Positions 45,366 through 56,619 of a stretch of 64,000 nt of DNA are shown piece after piece. A program made the translations under genes and the position numbers. This stretch comes from an uncultured virus (IMG/VR IMGVR_UViG_3300046471_000063) (taxonomy: Duplodnaviria > Heunggongvirae > Uroviricota > Caudoviricetes), in IMG/VR virus record IMGVR_UViG_3300046471_000063; one strand, given 5' to 3'. Positions within the stretch are counted from its first letter, which is position 1, and each line of letters opens with the position of its first letter. The notes below the pieces were generated by a model that was given only the letters and a program-made list of their open reading frames with translations, did no database searches and was not told where the DNA came from.

Positions 45366-47093
45366 ATGACCAAAACCCTGCACCCAAACGTCGATAAGGC
45401 GACGGCGTGGGGAAGGTCTGTGCTGCGTGGAAAGGTTCCTGCGTGCCGCTACATTCACCAGGCCGTTCAACGGCACTTCGATGACCTCGCTGCCAGTAGA
45501 AAGCGCGGATTCAAATTCAAGTTCGATCCGGCAAAAGCAGAGAAAAAGCTCAAGCTGATCCAGCTGTTGCCGCACACCAAAGGCGAATGGGCGTTCAAGC
45601 GTCAGCTGATCAGCCTGGAGCCCTGGCAGCTTTTTGGCATGGCCGTCACCTTCGGCTGGGTCAAGAAGAAGGGCGGACACCGGCGGTTCCGCGAGAGCTA
45701 CTGGGAGGTGCCTCGCAAGAACGGAAAGTCCGTAATTGCGGCGGGCGTCGGCATCAGCATGTTCGTGGCCGACGGCGAGTTCGGCGCCGAGGTGTACTCA
45801 GGTGCCACCACAGAGAAGCAGGCGTGGGAAGTTTTCAGGCCGGCCAAGTTGATGGTTGCTAAATCGCCGATGCTGGTTCAGGCCGCTGGCATCGAGGTCA
45901 ACGCCTCGAACATGAACATTCCGTCCGACTTCAGCCGCTTTGAGCCGCTGATCGGCGATCCAGGCGACGGCGCTTCGCCAAGCTGCGCGATCGTGGACGA
46001 GTACCACGAACACAGAACCTCGGCCCAGTACGACACCATGCTCACCGGTATGGGCGCCCGTCGCCAGCCGCTCATGTTTATCATCACGACCGCCGGCGCG
46101 GACATCGAGGGGCCGTGTTACGACAAGCGCCGCCAGGTGATCGAGATGCTCGAGGGCACGGTGCCCGACGAGGAGTTGTTTGGCTTCATCTGGACGCTCG
46201 ACGAAGGTGACGACTGGACCGACCCGAAGATGCTGGCCAAGGCCAACCCAAACCACGGGGTGTCGGTGTTCCAGGAGTATCTGGAGAGCCAGCAGGCCAG
46301 GGCGATTCGGTCGGCACGCTTCACCAACACGTTCAAAACCAAACACCTGAACCTCTGGGTTAGCGCCAAATCCGGCTTCTTCAACATGGAAGACTGGAAA
46401 GCCTGCGAAGACACCACGCTTACGCTCGAGCAGTTTGAGGGGCAAGAGTGGATTGCGGGCTTCGACCTAGCGCGCAAGTTGGATATGAACTCACGAGCGC
46501 GGATTTTCTGGAGGGTCATCGACGGCAAGACCCATTACTACAGCGTGGCTCCTAAGTTCTGGGTGCCGTATGACACCGCCTACAACACCGACAACAAACG
46601 CATGTCGGAGCGGTTCCAGGCTTGGATCAACTCTGGACATCTGGAAGTAACCGACGGCGCCGAGATCGACTACCGGGAAATCCTTGAGGACACTAAGGAA
46701 GCCAATCACCAGGCACCGCTTCGCGAATCACCCATTGACCCTCACGGAGCTACGGGCTTGAGCCATGACCTCGATGACGAGGGTTTCAACCCGATCACCA
46801 TCACGCAGAACTACACGAACATGTCGGACCCCATGAAAGAGCTCGAGGCTGCAGTAACTGCCGGTCGGTTCCACCATGACGGCAATCCGATCATGACTTG
46901 GTGTATCGGAAACGTGATCGGCAAGAACCTGCCGGGCAATGACGATGTCGTGCGCCCGATCAAGCAGGGCGAAGACAACAAGATCGACGGCGCGGTCGCA
47001 ACGATCATGGCGGTAGGCCGGATCCTGATCTTGGTCAACGACAGCAGCGGCAACATTAGCGACTTCTTCTCAAAACCAATCATCGTTGGATAA
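45366..47093 (+). CDS. terL: Terminase large subunit
   Basis: PRKNGKS Walker A, VDEYH, ITTAG, KIDG. Confidence 0.96.
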   Translation: MTKTLHPNVDKATAWGRSVLRGKVPACRYIHQAVQRHFDDLAASRKRGFKFKFDPAKAEKKLKLIQLLPHTKGEWAFKRQLISLEPWQLFGMAVTFGWVKKKGGHRRFRESYWEVPRKNGKSVIAAGVGISMFVADGEFGAEVYSGATTEKQAWEVFRPAKLMVAKSPMLVQAAGIEVNASNMNIPSDFSRFEPLIGDPGDGASPSCAIVDEYHEHRTSAQYDTMLTGMGARRQPLMFIITTAGADIEGPCYDKRRQVIEMLEGTVPDEELFGFIWTLDEGDDWTDPKMLAKANPNHGVSVFQEYLESQQARAIRSARFTNTFKTKHLNLWVSAKSGFFNMEDWKACEDTTLTLEQFEGQEWIAGFDLARKLDMNSRARIFWRVIDGKTHYYSVAPKFWVPYDTAYNTDNKRMSERFQAWINSGHLEVTDGAEIDYREILEDTKEANHQAPLRESPIDPHGATGLSHDLDDEGFNPITITQNYTNMSDPMKELEAAVTAGRFHHDGNPIMTWCIGNVIGKNLPGNDDVVRPIKQGEDNKIDGAVATIMAVGRILILVNDSSGNISDFFSKPIIVG

Positions 47094-47104
47094 CTGGACT
47101 GACC

Positions 47105-47269
47105 ATGAATACAGGCCTGCTCGTATTTCTTCTGGCGGCCATGGCTGGCCTGTGCCTGCTCGTTGGCGGCGTATTCGTTCTGTCCGGTCTGGGCTGGGCA
47201 CTAGTGGCTGGCGGCGCTGCTTTCTTGGTCGCTGCGGGCTTCGTTCGCAAGGGGCTTACCGGTGAGTAA
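47105..47269 (+). CDS. Small membrane protein between terL and portal
   Basis: 54-aa hydrophobic ORF overlapping the portal start. Confidence 0.7.
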   Translation: MNTGLLVFLLAAMAGLCLLVGGVFVLSGLGWALVAGGAAFLVAAGFVRKGLTGE

Positions 47270-48599
47270 ACCCCTCAAAGCTGTCCTACAGCAGGCGCTG
47301 TTCAAGTCGGCTGAACCCGGGCTTATGAAGTCGTCGCTCGCCGGATGGGTTGGGCGCCGAATCGGTCTGGGTGATTCCTCATTCTGGAACAGCTTCTACG
47401 GGACCGACTCCGCATCCGGAAAGACGGTTAGCCAGCAAACGGCGCTGCAGCTCTCCACTGTCTGGGCGTGCGTCCGCCTGATTGCGGAGACACTGGCCAC
47501 GCTACCTATCGCGCTGTACGAGGACCAGAACGGTGTGCCCGTCGTCGCCTCGACTCACCCTGTGCACCGCGTGATTAGCATGCAGCCGAACGCTGACCAG
47601 ACTCCTGTGGAGTTCTGGGAATGCGTGGTTGCAAGCTTGCTGCTCAGCGGCAACAGCTTCAACGAACCACACCTGGTGGGGCGCGATGTTTCGTCGTTGG
47701 AATTCATACTGCCGCAGAGCGTGTCGCCGCCGAAGCGACTCAGCAATGGCGCTATCGAATATCGTTTCATCGATAGCCTGGGCAAGCCTCATACCCTGCT
47801 CGACGAGCAAATGATGCACACCCGCGGCTTTGGTACTGACCCGCTTTATGGACTCAGTCCATTGTCGATGGGGCGTAACGTCTTCGGCGCCGCGATGGCG
47901 GCCGATGAGTCTGCCAGCAAGATGTTCGCGAACGGTATGAAGCTGGGCGGCGTGCTTTCTACCGACCAGATCCTGAACAAACAGCAGCGTGAAGACATCC
48001 GCGAGGACATGGCCGCCAAGTTCGCCGGCGCCGTCAACACCGGGAAGACCATGGTGCTGGAAGCGGGCATGAAGTATCAGCAGGTGTCGATGACGCCTGA
48101 AGATGCTCAGATGCTGCAGACCCGAGCGTTCAACGTCGAGGAAATCTGTCGATGGTTCCGTGTGCCGCCTTGGATGGTGGGTCACACATCCAACAGCACT
48201 AGCTGGGGCACCGGGATGGAGCAGCAGATGCTGGGCTTTCTCAGCTTTACCTTGCTGCCTTGGATGAAACGCATCGAGCAGAGCATCAACCGTCGCCTAC
48301 TGCGGCCTGATGAGCGTCGCCGGTTTTACGCCAAGTTCAACCCGGAAGGCCTGCTACGCGCCGACAGTGCCGCTCGCGCAGCGTTTTACAGCTCGATGAC
48401 ACAGAACGGCATCTACACCCGTGACGATTGCCGGATTAAAGAGAACCTGGCGCCCATGGGCGGTAACGCCGCGAAGCTCACCGTCCAGTCCAACATGCTG
48501 CCGATCGACAAGCTCGGTGCCGACGGCGGTGATGCGATCAAGGCTCGGTCGGCGCTGCTCGACTGGCTCAACGACAAGCCGAAAGGTAATTCAGAATGA
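47262..48599 (+). CDS. Portal protein, HK97 family
   Basis: VWACVRLIA, GLSP, EEICRWFRVPP. Confidence 0.95.
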   Translation: MSKPLKAVLQQALFKSAEPGLMKSSLAGWVGRRIGLGDSSFWNSFYGTDSASGKTVSQQTALQLSTVWACVRLIAETLATLPIALYEDQNGVPVVASTHPVHRVISMQPNADQTPVEFWECVVASLLLSGNSFNEPHLVGRDVSSLEFILPQSVSPPKRLSNGAIEYRFIDSLGKPHTLLDEQMMHTRGFGTDPLYGLSPLSMGRNVFGAAMAADESASKMFANGMKLGGVLSTDQILNKQQREDIREDMAAKFAGAVNTGKTMVLEAGMKYQQVSMTPEDAQMLQTRAFNVEEICRWFRVPPWMVGHTSNSTSWGTGMEQQMLGFLSFTLLPWMKRIEQSINRRLLRPDERRRFYAKFNPEGLLRADSAARAAFYSSMTQNGIYTRDDCRIKENLAPMGGNAAKLTVQSNMLPIDKLGADGGDAIKARSALLDWLNDKPKGNSE

Positions 48600-49297
48600 A
48601 GCGCAAAGACCAATCGGTGGCGGTGAAATACCGCTCATTCGACTATGACGTAAAGGCTGTCGGCGAAGACGGCCTTTTTTCTGGGTACGGTTCCGTGTTC
48701 GGGGTCGTCGACAGCTACAACGAGGTTGTCGCGCCAGGCGCGTTCCTGGAGTCAATCGCGGATGCCAAGGCGAAGTCACGCACTTTTCCGGTTCTGTGGC
48801 AGCACCGTACCGGCGAGCCGATCGGTAGCTGGGATATTGAGAGTCTGAAGGAGGACGACCGCGGCCTTTTCGGCTCCGGCCAGCTCTGGCTCGAAGATGC
48901 GCCGTATGCCCGAATCGCTAACCGCGGAATGCAGTCTCGTTCGATCACCGGACTCTCCATCGGCTACTACGTGCGCGAGTCCAGTTTCGATGAGAAGACC
49001 AGGATTCGCACGCTGACCAAGCTGGACCTAGTCGAGATTTCCATTGTCACCGTGCCGGCTAACGATGAGGCCCGCACTGACACCATCAAGTCGAAGCTGG
49101 CCCACGGCGGCCTGCCTTCGCTCCCTGAATTTGAGTTGCTCCTGCGTGAGGCAGGCTTCTCGAAAACTCAGTCTGCAGTGATTGCCAACCGTGGATTGAA
49201 GCATTTGCTCCGGAGTGAGTCCGAGGGCGACCTGGCAGAAATCGAAATTGTCGAGGCGTTGAAAGCGCGCCCGGCACTGTCTCTCCCCTCATTTTAA
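48596..49297 (+). CDS. Prohead protease, HK97 family
   Basis: LWQH, GLSIGY, EISIVTVPAN. Confidence 0.95.
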   Translation: MKRKDQSVAVKYRSFDYDVKAVGEDGLFSGYGSVFGVVDSYNEVVAPGAFLESIADAKAKSRTFPVLWQHRTGEPIGSWDIESLKEDDRGLFGSGQLWLEDAPYARIANRGMQSRSITGLSIGYYVRESSFDEKTRIRTLTKLDLVEISIVTVPANDEARTDTIKSKLAHGGLPSLPEFELLLREAGFSKTQSAVIANRGLKHLLRSESEGDLAEIEIVEALKARPALSLPSF

Positions 49298-49306
49298 GGA
49301 TTCATC

Positions 49307-50560
49307 ATGCATAACGTCATGAGCAACGGCGCGCGCGCCGAAAGCCGCCAGATGCAGCGTAAAGAGCACGCTGGCGATAAGATCGAGCTGAAAGCGGTTA
49401 ACGAACTGCTCGACCAGCGCGATCAGGAAATCAAGGCATTTGCCGAGAAGGCCAACAAGGAAATCAAAGAGCACGGTACCATTCTGGCGGACACCAAAAC
49501 CGTTCTGGACGGTCTGGTGAAAGATGGTCTGGGCCTGCAAGATCGCCTGCAGGACATCGAGCAGAAGATGGCGCGCCGCTTCGCTGCCAACGATCCTGCC
49601 GAGCAAAAGTCCGCTGGCGAAGAGCTGTCGGAATCCGAGGACTTCCAAGCCCTGCAAACCCGTGGTCGCGGTATTGCCCGTATCGGTCGCAAGGCGGTCA
49701 CCAACATCACTAGCTCCACCACCGGCACCGGTGGTGTTGGCGTAGGCATCCAGCCTACCCGTGTTCCTGGCATCGTTGCCGGGCCAGATCGCGAGTTCAC
49801 GATCCGCGACCTGATCATGCCCGGCCGCACCGCGTCGAACGCAATCGAGTTCGTGCAGGAGAGCGGTTTCCAGAACATGGCGGCCGTGCAGGCGACTGAA
49901 GGCGCGGCGAAAGCTCAGTCCGACATCTCGTTCGCACTGAAGACGACCAACGTTGTCACCATTGCTCACTGGTTCCGGGCGTCCAAGCAGGTGCTGTCGG
50001 ACATCCCGCTGCTGCAGAGCTACATCAACGGTCGTGCGATCTACGGCCTGAAGTACAAGGAAGAAGAGCAAATCCTCGCTGGCAACGGCGTAGGCGGCAA
50101 CCTGCTCGGCCTTATCCCTCAAGCCACCGCGTTCAACAATGCTCTGCGCAAGGCTGGCGACACCAAGATCGACACTTTGCGTCGAGCCATCCTGCAGGTA
50201 CGTATCGCTGAATACCGTGCCTCGGCTATCGCGCTGAACCCGGTCGACTGGGCGGATATCGAGCTCACCAAGGACGCCAACGGCTCCTACATCTGGGTCA
50301 ACGTCCAGGAAGGCGGCGCTCAGCGCCTGTGGAAGCTGCCGGTTGTGGACAGCAACGCTGTTCCAGAAGGTGAATTCCTCGTCGGCGCGATGAATATCGC
50401 GGCCCAAGTGTTCGACCGCGAAGACGCTGCTGTCGAGGTTTCGACCGAAGACGGTGACAACTTCCGCACCAACATGGTGACCATTCGTGCGGAAGAGCGC
50501 CTGGCGCTCGCTGTTTACCGCGAAGAGTCCTTCGTCCACGGTGAGTTTGACGCGGCTTAA
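49307..50560 (+). CDS. Major capsid protein, HK97 family
   Basis: Coiled-coil delta domain; TIAHW..SKQ, IRAEERLA. Confidence 0.95.
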   Translation: MHNVMSNGARAESRQMQRKEHAGDKIELKAVNELLDQRDQEIKAFAEKANKEIKEHGTILADTKTVLDGLVKDGLGLQDRLQDIEQKMARRFAANDPAEQKSAGEELSESEDFQALQTRGRGIARIGRKAVTNITSSTTGTGGVGVGIQPTRVPGIVAGPDREFTIRDLIMPGRTASNAIEFVQESGFQNMAAVQATEGAAKAQSDISFALKTTNVVTIAHWFRASKQVLSDIPLLQSYINGRAIYGLKYKEEEQILAGNGVGGNLLGLIPQATAFNNALRKAGDTKIDTLRRAILQVRIAEYRASAIALNPVDWADIELTKDANGSYIWVNVQEGGAQRLWKLPVVDSNAVPEGEFLVGAMNIAAQVFDREDAAVEVSTEDGDNFRTNMVTIRAEERLALAVYREESFVHGEFDAA

Positions 50561-50610
50561 GTCGTCACCACCAAACTGGAGCGCGCTCAGGCAACTGGGC
50601 GCGAACACCG

Positions 50611-50853
50611 ATGCCAGAAATTACCGTTAAGGCCATCAAGAGCTTCAACGCTGATGGCTTGAAAACTGACGTGCCCTACGTCAAGCGCGGGTCAGAATTC
50701 CCGGTCGATGAATCTGTCGCGCGCGACCTTCTGCGTTCCGGGCTCATCGAGGATTACGGCGTGAAAAACGCAGAGAAACCTGAAAACAAAAAGGCGACAG
50801 AACCAGCCAACAAATCCGCGCCGAAACCGTCAACCAAACAGGCAGACAAATAA
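50611..50853 (+). CDS. Small head-associated protein
   Basis: After capsid; Lys/Pro-rich tail. Confidence 0.7.
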   Translation: MPEITVKAIKSFNADGLKTDVPYVKRGSEFPVDESVARDLLRSGLIEDYGVKNAEKPENKKATEPANKSAPKPSTKQADK

Positions 50854-50855
50854 CC

Positions 50856-51332
50856 ATGAGCGTGATCGCCATCGAACTGGCCATGGCCCACCTGCTGGCT
50901 GAGCCTGAGGATCAAGAGTTGATCCAGGCACAGCTGGACGCGGCCGAGGAAGCGGCAATGCGCTTCTTGAACCGCCGGTTCTTTGTCGATCAGGCAGCAG
51001 TTGATTCAGCTAAAGCAGACACCACTCAGCGCACACGCGATGCTCGGGGTGTCTACGCCATCGCGATATCCGAGGCCGATTTGCCAGAGAATGCGGATAT
51101 TCGCTGCAAGCTCCGGGAGAACGCCAGAAACACGCTGGCTGAAACCTATGAGGTAATCGACATGGATGAGCGCGGCATGGTCATCAACGCCGCTATCACA
51201 GCGGCTTGTCTGCTGAAGCTCGGCCACCTGTTCGCCAATCGCGAAGAAGTTGTCACGGGAACCATCGCTACCGAGTTGCCGCTATCTTCGAAGTCTCTTT
51301 TGATGCCTTACCGCATCAAGATGGGTGTTTGA
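50856..51332 (+). CDS. Head-tail connector (gp6-like)
   Basis: GHLFANRE, LLMPYR. Confidence 0.88.
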   Translation: MSVIAIELAMAHLLAEPEDQELIQAQLDAAEEAAMRFLNRRFFVDQAAVDSAKADTTQRTRDARGVYAIAISEADLPENADIRCKLRENARNTLAETYEVIDMDERGMVINAAITAACLLKLGHLFANREEVVTGTIATELPLSSKSLLMPYRIKMGV

Positions 51333-51670
51333 TGCTGGCCGGTAAGCTGCGGCACCGCATCGATTTCCAAACGCTTGGCCAGGTGCAGGACCCGGGCAGC
51401 GGCGAGATGGTGCCAGGCTGGGCGACGATCTGGTCCAAGGTGCCAGCCTCGGTGACGCCGCTCAGTGCGCGCGACTTGATCGCTGCGCAGTCAGCCCAGT
51501 CCGAGGCATCGGCCCGCATTATGATCCGTTACCGCGCCGGCGTTCTGCCGACCATGCGCATCATGTATCGCGGCGAGGTGTACGACATCAAGGGGCCGCC
51601 GCTGCCTGATCCTGATTCTGGTCTGGAATACCTCACCATCCTGGTGGCGAAAGGAGTGAACGATGGCTGA
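51332..51670 (+). CDS. Head closure / head-tail adaptor
   Basis: AGKLRHRI, IRYR. Confidence 0.88.
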   Translation: MLAGKLRHRIDFQTLGQVQDPGSGEMVPGWATIWSKVPASVTPLSARDLIAAQSAQSEASARIMIRYRAGVLPTMRIMYRGEVYDIKGPPLPDPDSGLEYLTILVAKGVNDG

Positions 51671-52202
51671 CGGCATCGAGTTCAAGCTCGAGGGGATCGA
51701 CTCGTTGGTTTCCAAGCTTGAGGCGATCAGCTACGACGCCAAGCGCAAGGGCGGCCGCGCAGCGTTACGTAAAGCGGCATCCCTCATCAGCACCAAAGTA
51801 GCCGAAAGCGCCAAGCGCGTGGATGACTCGAAAACGGCTGAGGACATCAGCAAGAACATCACCATTCGCTGGAATGGTCGCTTGTTCAAAGCGTCTGGTG
51901 ATTTGGGTTTCCGTGTGGGCGTTCTCGGCGGAGCCCGCCAGTATGGCAACACCAAAGAGAACGTCCGCAAAGGTAGAGCAGGGAAGCCCTACGAAACCTT
52001 GGGCAGCAAAGATAACCCCGGTGGAGACACCTGGTACTGGCGATTTGTCGAGTTCGGTACTTCTCGGGTAGCTGCGCGCCCATTCATGCGTCCTGCACTG
52101 GCGCAGAGCATCTCCGAGGCAACGGCCGTTTTTATATCCGAATACGAAAAAGCCATCGACCGAGCAATCAAGCGAGCGGCCAAGAAAGGAACGACAGCGT
52201 GA
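51663..52202 (+). CDS. HK97 gp10-like tail completion protein
   Basis: YWRFVEFGT..ARPFMRPA. Confidence 0.88.
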   Translation: MADGIEFKLEGIDSLVSKLEAISYDAKRKGGRAALRKAASLISTKVAESAKRVDDSKTAEDISKNITIRWNGRLFKASGDLGFRVGVLGGARQYGNTKENVRKGRAGKPYETLGSKDNPGGDTWYWRFVEFGTSRVAARPFMRPALAQSISEATAVFISEYEKAIDRAIKRAAKKGTTA

Positions 52203-52567
52203 ACTCAGCCCCGATCTTCGCCGCGTGCGCCGCCGATGCTGGCGTGACTGCGCTTCTGGGCGTGTCGCCAACCAGGCTCTACCCGTTCGGGGAAGCGCCC
52301 GGGGGTGTCACCAAGCCCTATGCCGTATGGCAGCTGGTCACCGGCAGCCCGGAGAACTACCTGGCAGGTCGGCCAGACATGGACGGATACACGCTGCAGG
52401 TTGACGTCTACGGCGCCACGGCCGCCTCGGCCCGCGCAGTTACTGCGGCGATCAGCGCCGCAATCGAGTTGCAAGCCTACGTGACCCGCTGGGGCGGCGA
52501 GAGCAAGGACACCGAAACAAAGCTCTACCGGTCGAGCTTCGATATCGACTGGCTCGTTCCCCGATAG
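52199..52567 (+). CDS. Tail terminator (DUF3168-like)
   Basis: PYAVW, QVDVY; synteny. Confidence 0.8.
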   Translation: MNSAPIFAACAADAGVTALLGVSPTRLYPFGEAPGGVTKPYAVWQLVTGSPENYLAGRPDMDGYTLQVDVYGATAASARAVTAAISAAIELQAYVTRWGGESKDTETKLYRSSFDIDWLVPR

Positions 52568-52585
52568 CCAAACCCAAAACCACCG

Positions 52586-52608
52586 ACCCGCCATGTGCGG
52601 GTTTTTTT
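52586..52608 (+). terminator. Intrinsic terminator
   Basis: ACCCGC-catgt-GCGGGT + T run. Confidence 0.75.
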
Positions 52609-52631
52609 ATGCCCGACATTTGGAGATCACC

Positions 52632-53363
52632 ATGTCGATGCTGTCTCAAGGAACCCAGATTTACGCCCTGGTGCGATCCCTCGCCAACCCTTCGGCGTTC
52701 GAGATTATGGAAGTCGAGTGCGCTACGACTTTCAGTCCTGGCGGTAACCCTGCCGATCCGATTGAAACAACCTGCCTCAGTCAGAAGGTGCGTACGTACA
52801 TGCGTGGTCTTCGGACGCCGGGCCAGGCATCGATGACGATCAACGCCGATCCTCGCATCGACTCCCATATGCGCCTTCATCAGTTGTCCGAGGACGATAC
52901 CGACGAGACTATTCACTGGGCGGTGGGATGGTCTGACGGCATTGATATTGCTCCGACAGTTGGGCTGCCTGGTGCGCTGCAGGCGCTCAGCCTCACGAAT
53001 GGCGGCACGGGCTACACCTCTGCGCCAACTGTAGGCCTAACCGGTGGCGGCGGCACTGGCGCGACTGCCACGGCTCAGATCGCCGACGGCAAAGTCACCG
53101 GCTTTACCATCACAAGCCCTGGCACGGGTTACACCTCTGCGCCGACAGTAGCCCTCACGGGTGGTGCGGGCAGCGGCGCAACAGCTGCAGCTGTGGTTTC
53201 TGATGAGGTGGACTTCGTACTGCCTCCGACGCGCACTTGGTTCCTCTTTGACGGTTACGTCTCCGACTTCCCCTTTGACTTCACCGCCAATGCTGTCGTA
53301 AGCACCGCCGCAACTATCCAGCGTTCGGGTGGCTCGGCCTGGATTCGTAAGGTGGCCGCGTAA
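52632..53363 (+). CDS. Tail tube protein with internal repeat insertion
   Basis: SQGTQIY, IETTCL, GLRTPG; two [10 protein letters not shown] repeats. Confidence 0.85.
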   Translation: MSMLSQGTQIYALVRSLANPSAFEIMEVECATTFSPGGNPADPIETTCLSQKVRTYMRGLRTPGQASMTINADPRIDSHMRLHQLSEDDTDETIHWAVGWSDGIDIAPTVGLPGALQALSLTNGGTGYTSAPTVGLTGGGGTGATATAQIADGKVTGFTITSPGTGYTSAPTVALTGGAGSGATAAAVVSDEVDFVLPPTRTWFLFDGYVSDFPFDFTANAVVSTAATIQRSGGSAWIRKVAA

Positions 53364-53746
53364 TGGACCTGAGTCTCGACAACCTCAAGAAATCCAAGGC
53401 CTTCACGTCGCGTCCGGTGGAAAAGACCATCACGTGGAAAAAAGACGGTGAGGTGCACATTTTCACCACCTTTGTGCGTCCTCTTTCTTACCAAACCGCT
53501 GTAGGTGACATCGCTACTCATCGTGGCGCTGATCCGCTGGCGTCGCGCATTGCCGCAAGCATTTGCGACGCTACTGGGAAGGCAATTTTCAAAGTGTCAG
53601 ATGTGACCGGGGAAGTAGTGCTACCAGCTGACTGGAAAGAGGGGGATCCCATTCCAGAAAGCAAAGGGGCGCTTGACCCCAATCTGACAAACCTGCTGCT
53701 GATCGCCATCGGCGAAGTGCAGAACTTGGGAAAGAAGCCGAGCTAA
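53363..53746 (+). CDS. Tail assembly chaperone (gpG-like)
   Basis: Synteny; slippery GGGAAAG near end. Confidence 0.82.
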   Translation: MDLSLDNLKKSKAFTSRPVEKTITWKKDGEVHIFTTFVRPLSYQTAVGDIATHRGADPLASRIAASICDATGKAIFKVSDVTGEVVLPADWKEGDPIPESKGALDPNLTNLLLIAIGEVQNLGKKPS

Positions 53747-54042
53747 ATCCGGTCGATGAGTTTTGGTGCGAGCTGGTTATGAATGGAATCGGCGGCCGCA
53801 CCATCGCCGAAGCTCAGGAGAACATGACTCACACCGAATTTATCGTGTGGTGCAAGTTCCGCAACAAGCGTGGATCCCTGCATCAGGGCATGCGAGTTGA
53901 GATGGCTTTAGCTCAGTTGCAAGCCTTCTACGCCAACTGCAAAACCGGCAAAGACACGGCGAAATTGTTCATTCAGGACTTTGCGCCGCACATGGATCCG
54001 CGCGAGTTGACGCTTGATGAAGCGATGAAAACCTGGAGTTAG
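53728..54042 (+). CDS. Chaperone extension (gpT-like) via -1 frameshift
   Basis: G GGA AAG at 53728-53734; the -1 frame is open into ATG 53779. Confidence 0.8.
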   Translation, partial: GKEAELNPVDEFWCELVMNGIGGRTIAEAQENMTHTEFIVWCKFRNKRGSLHQGMRVEMALAQLQAFYANCKTGKDTAKLFIQDFAPHMDPRELTLDEAMKTWS

Positions 54043-54045
54043 GTA

Positions 54046-56619
54046 ATGGCTGGATCTCTCGGCACACTCACGCTCGACTTGATTGCCAAAATCGGCGGTT
54101 ATACAGGCCCGCTGGATAAGGCGAGCCAGGAAACCAAGAAGCGCAACGCTGAGATTGCGAAATCTTTTGACAGTCTGGCAAAAGGGATCGGCACCGCGAT
54201 TGGCAGCATTCCTGCCGTCCTTACCGCGCTGGTGGTCTCCTCGTCGAATTCAGCGAAAGAAATCGCCAATTTGTCAGCGCTGGCTGGGCTTGGCACGACT
54301 GAATTTCAAAAGCTGGCCGCCGGCGCTCGCAGTGTTGGTGTGGACCAGGACAAACTGGCGGATATCTTCAAGGACACCAACGACAAGCTCGGGGACTTCA
54401 TTAACACCGGCGGCGGGGCGCTGAAGGATTTCTTCACCAATATCGCGCCCATGGTAGGCGTGACGGCTGATCAGTTCAAAAAGCTGAACAGCAAAGATGC
54501 GCTGGCGCTGTACGTCACCAGTCTGGAAAAGGCCAACGTCAGCCAGTCTGAAATGACCTTCTACATGGAGGCCATTGCGAACGACTCGACGGCGCTGGTC
54601 CCGCTTCTTCGTGATAACGCGAAAAGCTTTGACGAGCTCGGCGCGTCAGCGGAAGACGCCGGCATTGTCATGAGCGAGGGCACAATTGCCGCCGCCAAGC
54701 AATTCGGCTTAGAGCTTCAGGGGCTCGGCCAGTATGTGAAGTCGGCGCAAGTCGCGCTGGCGGCTGAGTTTTTGCCTGTATTGCTGCAATTCAGCAAGGA
54801 TGTTAACCAGTCGGCCAAGGATTCAGGCGGCCTCTCGAAGGTTGTAAAAGGTCTCGGTGAAGATCTGGTATCCACCACGGCATTCATCGTCAATGCCGGT
54901 GATGGCGTTGCCCGCGTCTTCGACATCGTTGCCAATGTGATCGTAGGGTCTTTCGCCACGGCTTCCGCGCGGATCAGCAATCTTTCCTCGCAGGCGAACA
55001 CCGCGCTCGGAGCTCTCACATTCGGAGACACCTCGAAGCAATTCAAGGCAAATGCCGCGAGCTTCGCGAGTGACGCGCAGATCCAGTTCGGAGTGGCTGC
55101 CCAGGCTGCCGCAAAAATCACAGAGGATCTGGAAAAGCCCTTGGCCGGTGACCGGTTCAAGGAATATGTGGCCAACGCCAAAAAGGCCGCTTCTGAAATT
55201 GCCATTACCAACCAGGCGATTACGAAGGGTACTGGCAGCGGCGTGGACCCGGCGGCGATTGCCGCCAATGCAGCGGCGCAGAAAAAGGCCGCGAGCGATG
55301 CGGCGGCCGCTGCAAAGAAAATTCAGGACACCTTCAACAGCACCGAGACTGATTACAAGCGCCAGATCGACCTCATCAACACCAGCACCGACGCTCGAAA
55401 AAACGCCACGGAAGTCGCGAAGCTCCAATTCGAAATCGAGTCGGGCAAGTTGGTCGGCATCAACGCCGCCCAGCAGGAGCGTTTGAAGGGACTGGCGGCC
55501 GAACTCGACGTACAGCTCAAGCTTAAAAAAGCCAGCGAGGATGCCGCCAAACTCGCCGCGTTTGGCGATTCCCTCCGCGATGGCAATCGCACCGTGAAGG
55601 AAGGATTCCAGATCGAGCTGGCCGGCAGTGGCTCCGGCGACAAGCTCAAGGACCGGCTGAAGGCGGACCTTGCCATCAGGCAGGACTTCGACAAGCAGCA
55701 GGCCGATCTGCAGAAGCAGTACAACGGCGGCGACATCAGCCAGGAGATGTACGACAGGGAAACCGAGATGCTGCAGGAGGCGTTGGCAGAGCGGCTGGTG
55801 CTACAGCAGGACTACTACAACCAGATCGACGATGCCCAATCGAATTGGCTGGATGGCGTCAGCAGTGCCTGGGAAAACTACAAGGACACCGCCACCGACT
55901 ACCAGCAGCAGGCGAAGGATGCGACCACCAGCATTCTGGGGGACACCACTTCATCAATCGCCAGCAACCTTGAGGGAATCCGGCAAGGGACGGTAGATGC
56001 CGGCGAGGCTGCCAAGAACGTGATGTCTGACCTCGCTCTGTCGGTGATCACCGCGCTCGAGCGTATGGCTGCTCAATGGATCGTGTACCAGGGCATTCAA
56101 CTGCTGACTGGCAAGGCGACTCAGGCCAGTGCCTCGGTGGCGATGGTGGCGAACGCGCAGGCAACAGCGTTTCAGGCATCGCTCGCGGCGTTCGCGAGCA
56201 CGGCGGCGATTCCAATCGTTGGCCCGATTGCCGCTCCGGCAGCAGCAGCGGCGGCCGCCAGCTTTGCAGCACCGTTGGTTGCTGGCGTGGCCACGGCCAG
56301 CCTTGCCGGTATGGCGCACGACGGTCTCGATGCTGTTCCGGAAACGGGTACCTGGCTGCTCCAGAAGGGCGAGCGAGTAACCACTGCCGAAACCAGCGCC
56401 AAGCTGGACAAGACCCTGAACGACGTGCAGAGCGCGAATGGATCGCGCGGCGGGACTGTGGTCAATCTATTCGAGGATGCGTCGAAAGCAGGGCAGAGCA
56501 GAACACGGACGGAAAACGGACAAGACGTCGTTGAACTCTGGGTTGCAAACATCATGAACGATGGTGCTGCGCACCAGGCCATGGAACAGAAATACGGACT
56601 CGGAACGGTGGGATCATGA
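54046..56619 (+). CDS. Tape measure protein
   Basis: LGTLTLDLIA start; 857 aa, Ala-rich. Confidence 0.92.
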   Translation: MAGSLGTLTLDLIAKIGGYTGPLDKASQETKKRNAEIAKSFDSLAKGIGTAIGSIPAVLTALVVSSSNSAKEIANLSALAGLGTTEFQKLAAGARSVGVDQDKLADIFKDTNDKLGDFINTGGGALKDFFTNIAPMVGVTADQFKKLNSKDALALYVTSLEKANVSQSEMTFYMEAIANDSTALVPLLRDNAKSFDELGASAEDAGIVMSEGTIAAAKQFGLELQGLGQYVKSAQVALAAEFLPVLLQFSKDVNQSAKDSGGLSKVVKGLGEDLVSTTAFIVNAGDGVARVFDIVANVIVGSFATASARISNLSSQANTALGALTFGDTSKQFKANAASFASDAQIQFGVAAQAAAKITEDLEKPLAGDRFKEYVANAKKAASEIAITNQAITKGTGSGVDPAAIAANAAAQKKAASDAAAAAKKIQDTFNSTETDYKRQIDLINTSTDARKNATEVAKLQFEIESGKLVGINAAQQERLKGLAAELDVQLKLKKASEDAAKLAAFGDSLRDGNRTVKEGFQIELAGSGSGDKLKDRLKADLAIRQDFDKQQADLQKQYNGGDISQEMYDRETEMLQEALAERLVLQQDYYNQIDDAQSNWLDGVSSAWENYKDTATDYQQQAKDATTSILGDTTSSIASNLEGIRQGTVDAGEAAKNVMSDLALSVITALERMAAQWIVYQGIQLLTGKATQASASVAMVANAQATAFQASLAAFASTAAIPIVGPIAAPAAAAAAASFAAPLVAGVATASLAGMAHDGLDAVPETGTWLLQKGERVTTAETSAKLDKTLNDVQSANGSRGGTVVNLFEDASKAGQSRTRTENGQDVVELWVANIMNDGAAHQAMEQKYGLGTVGS

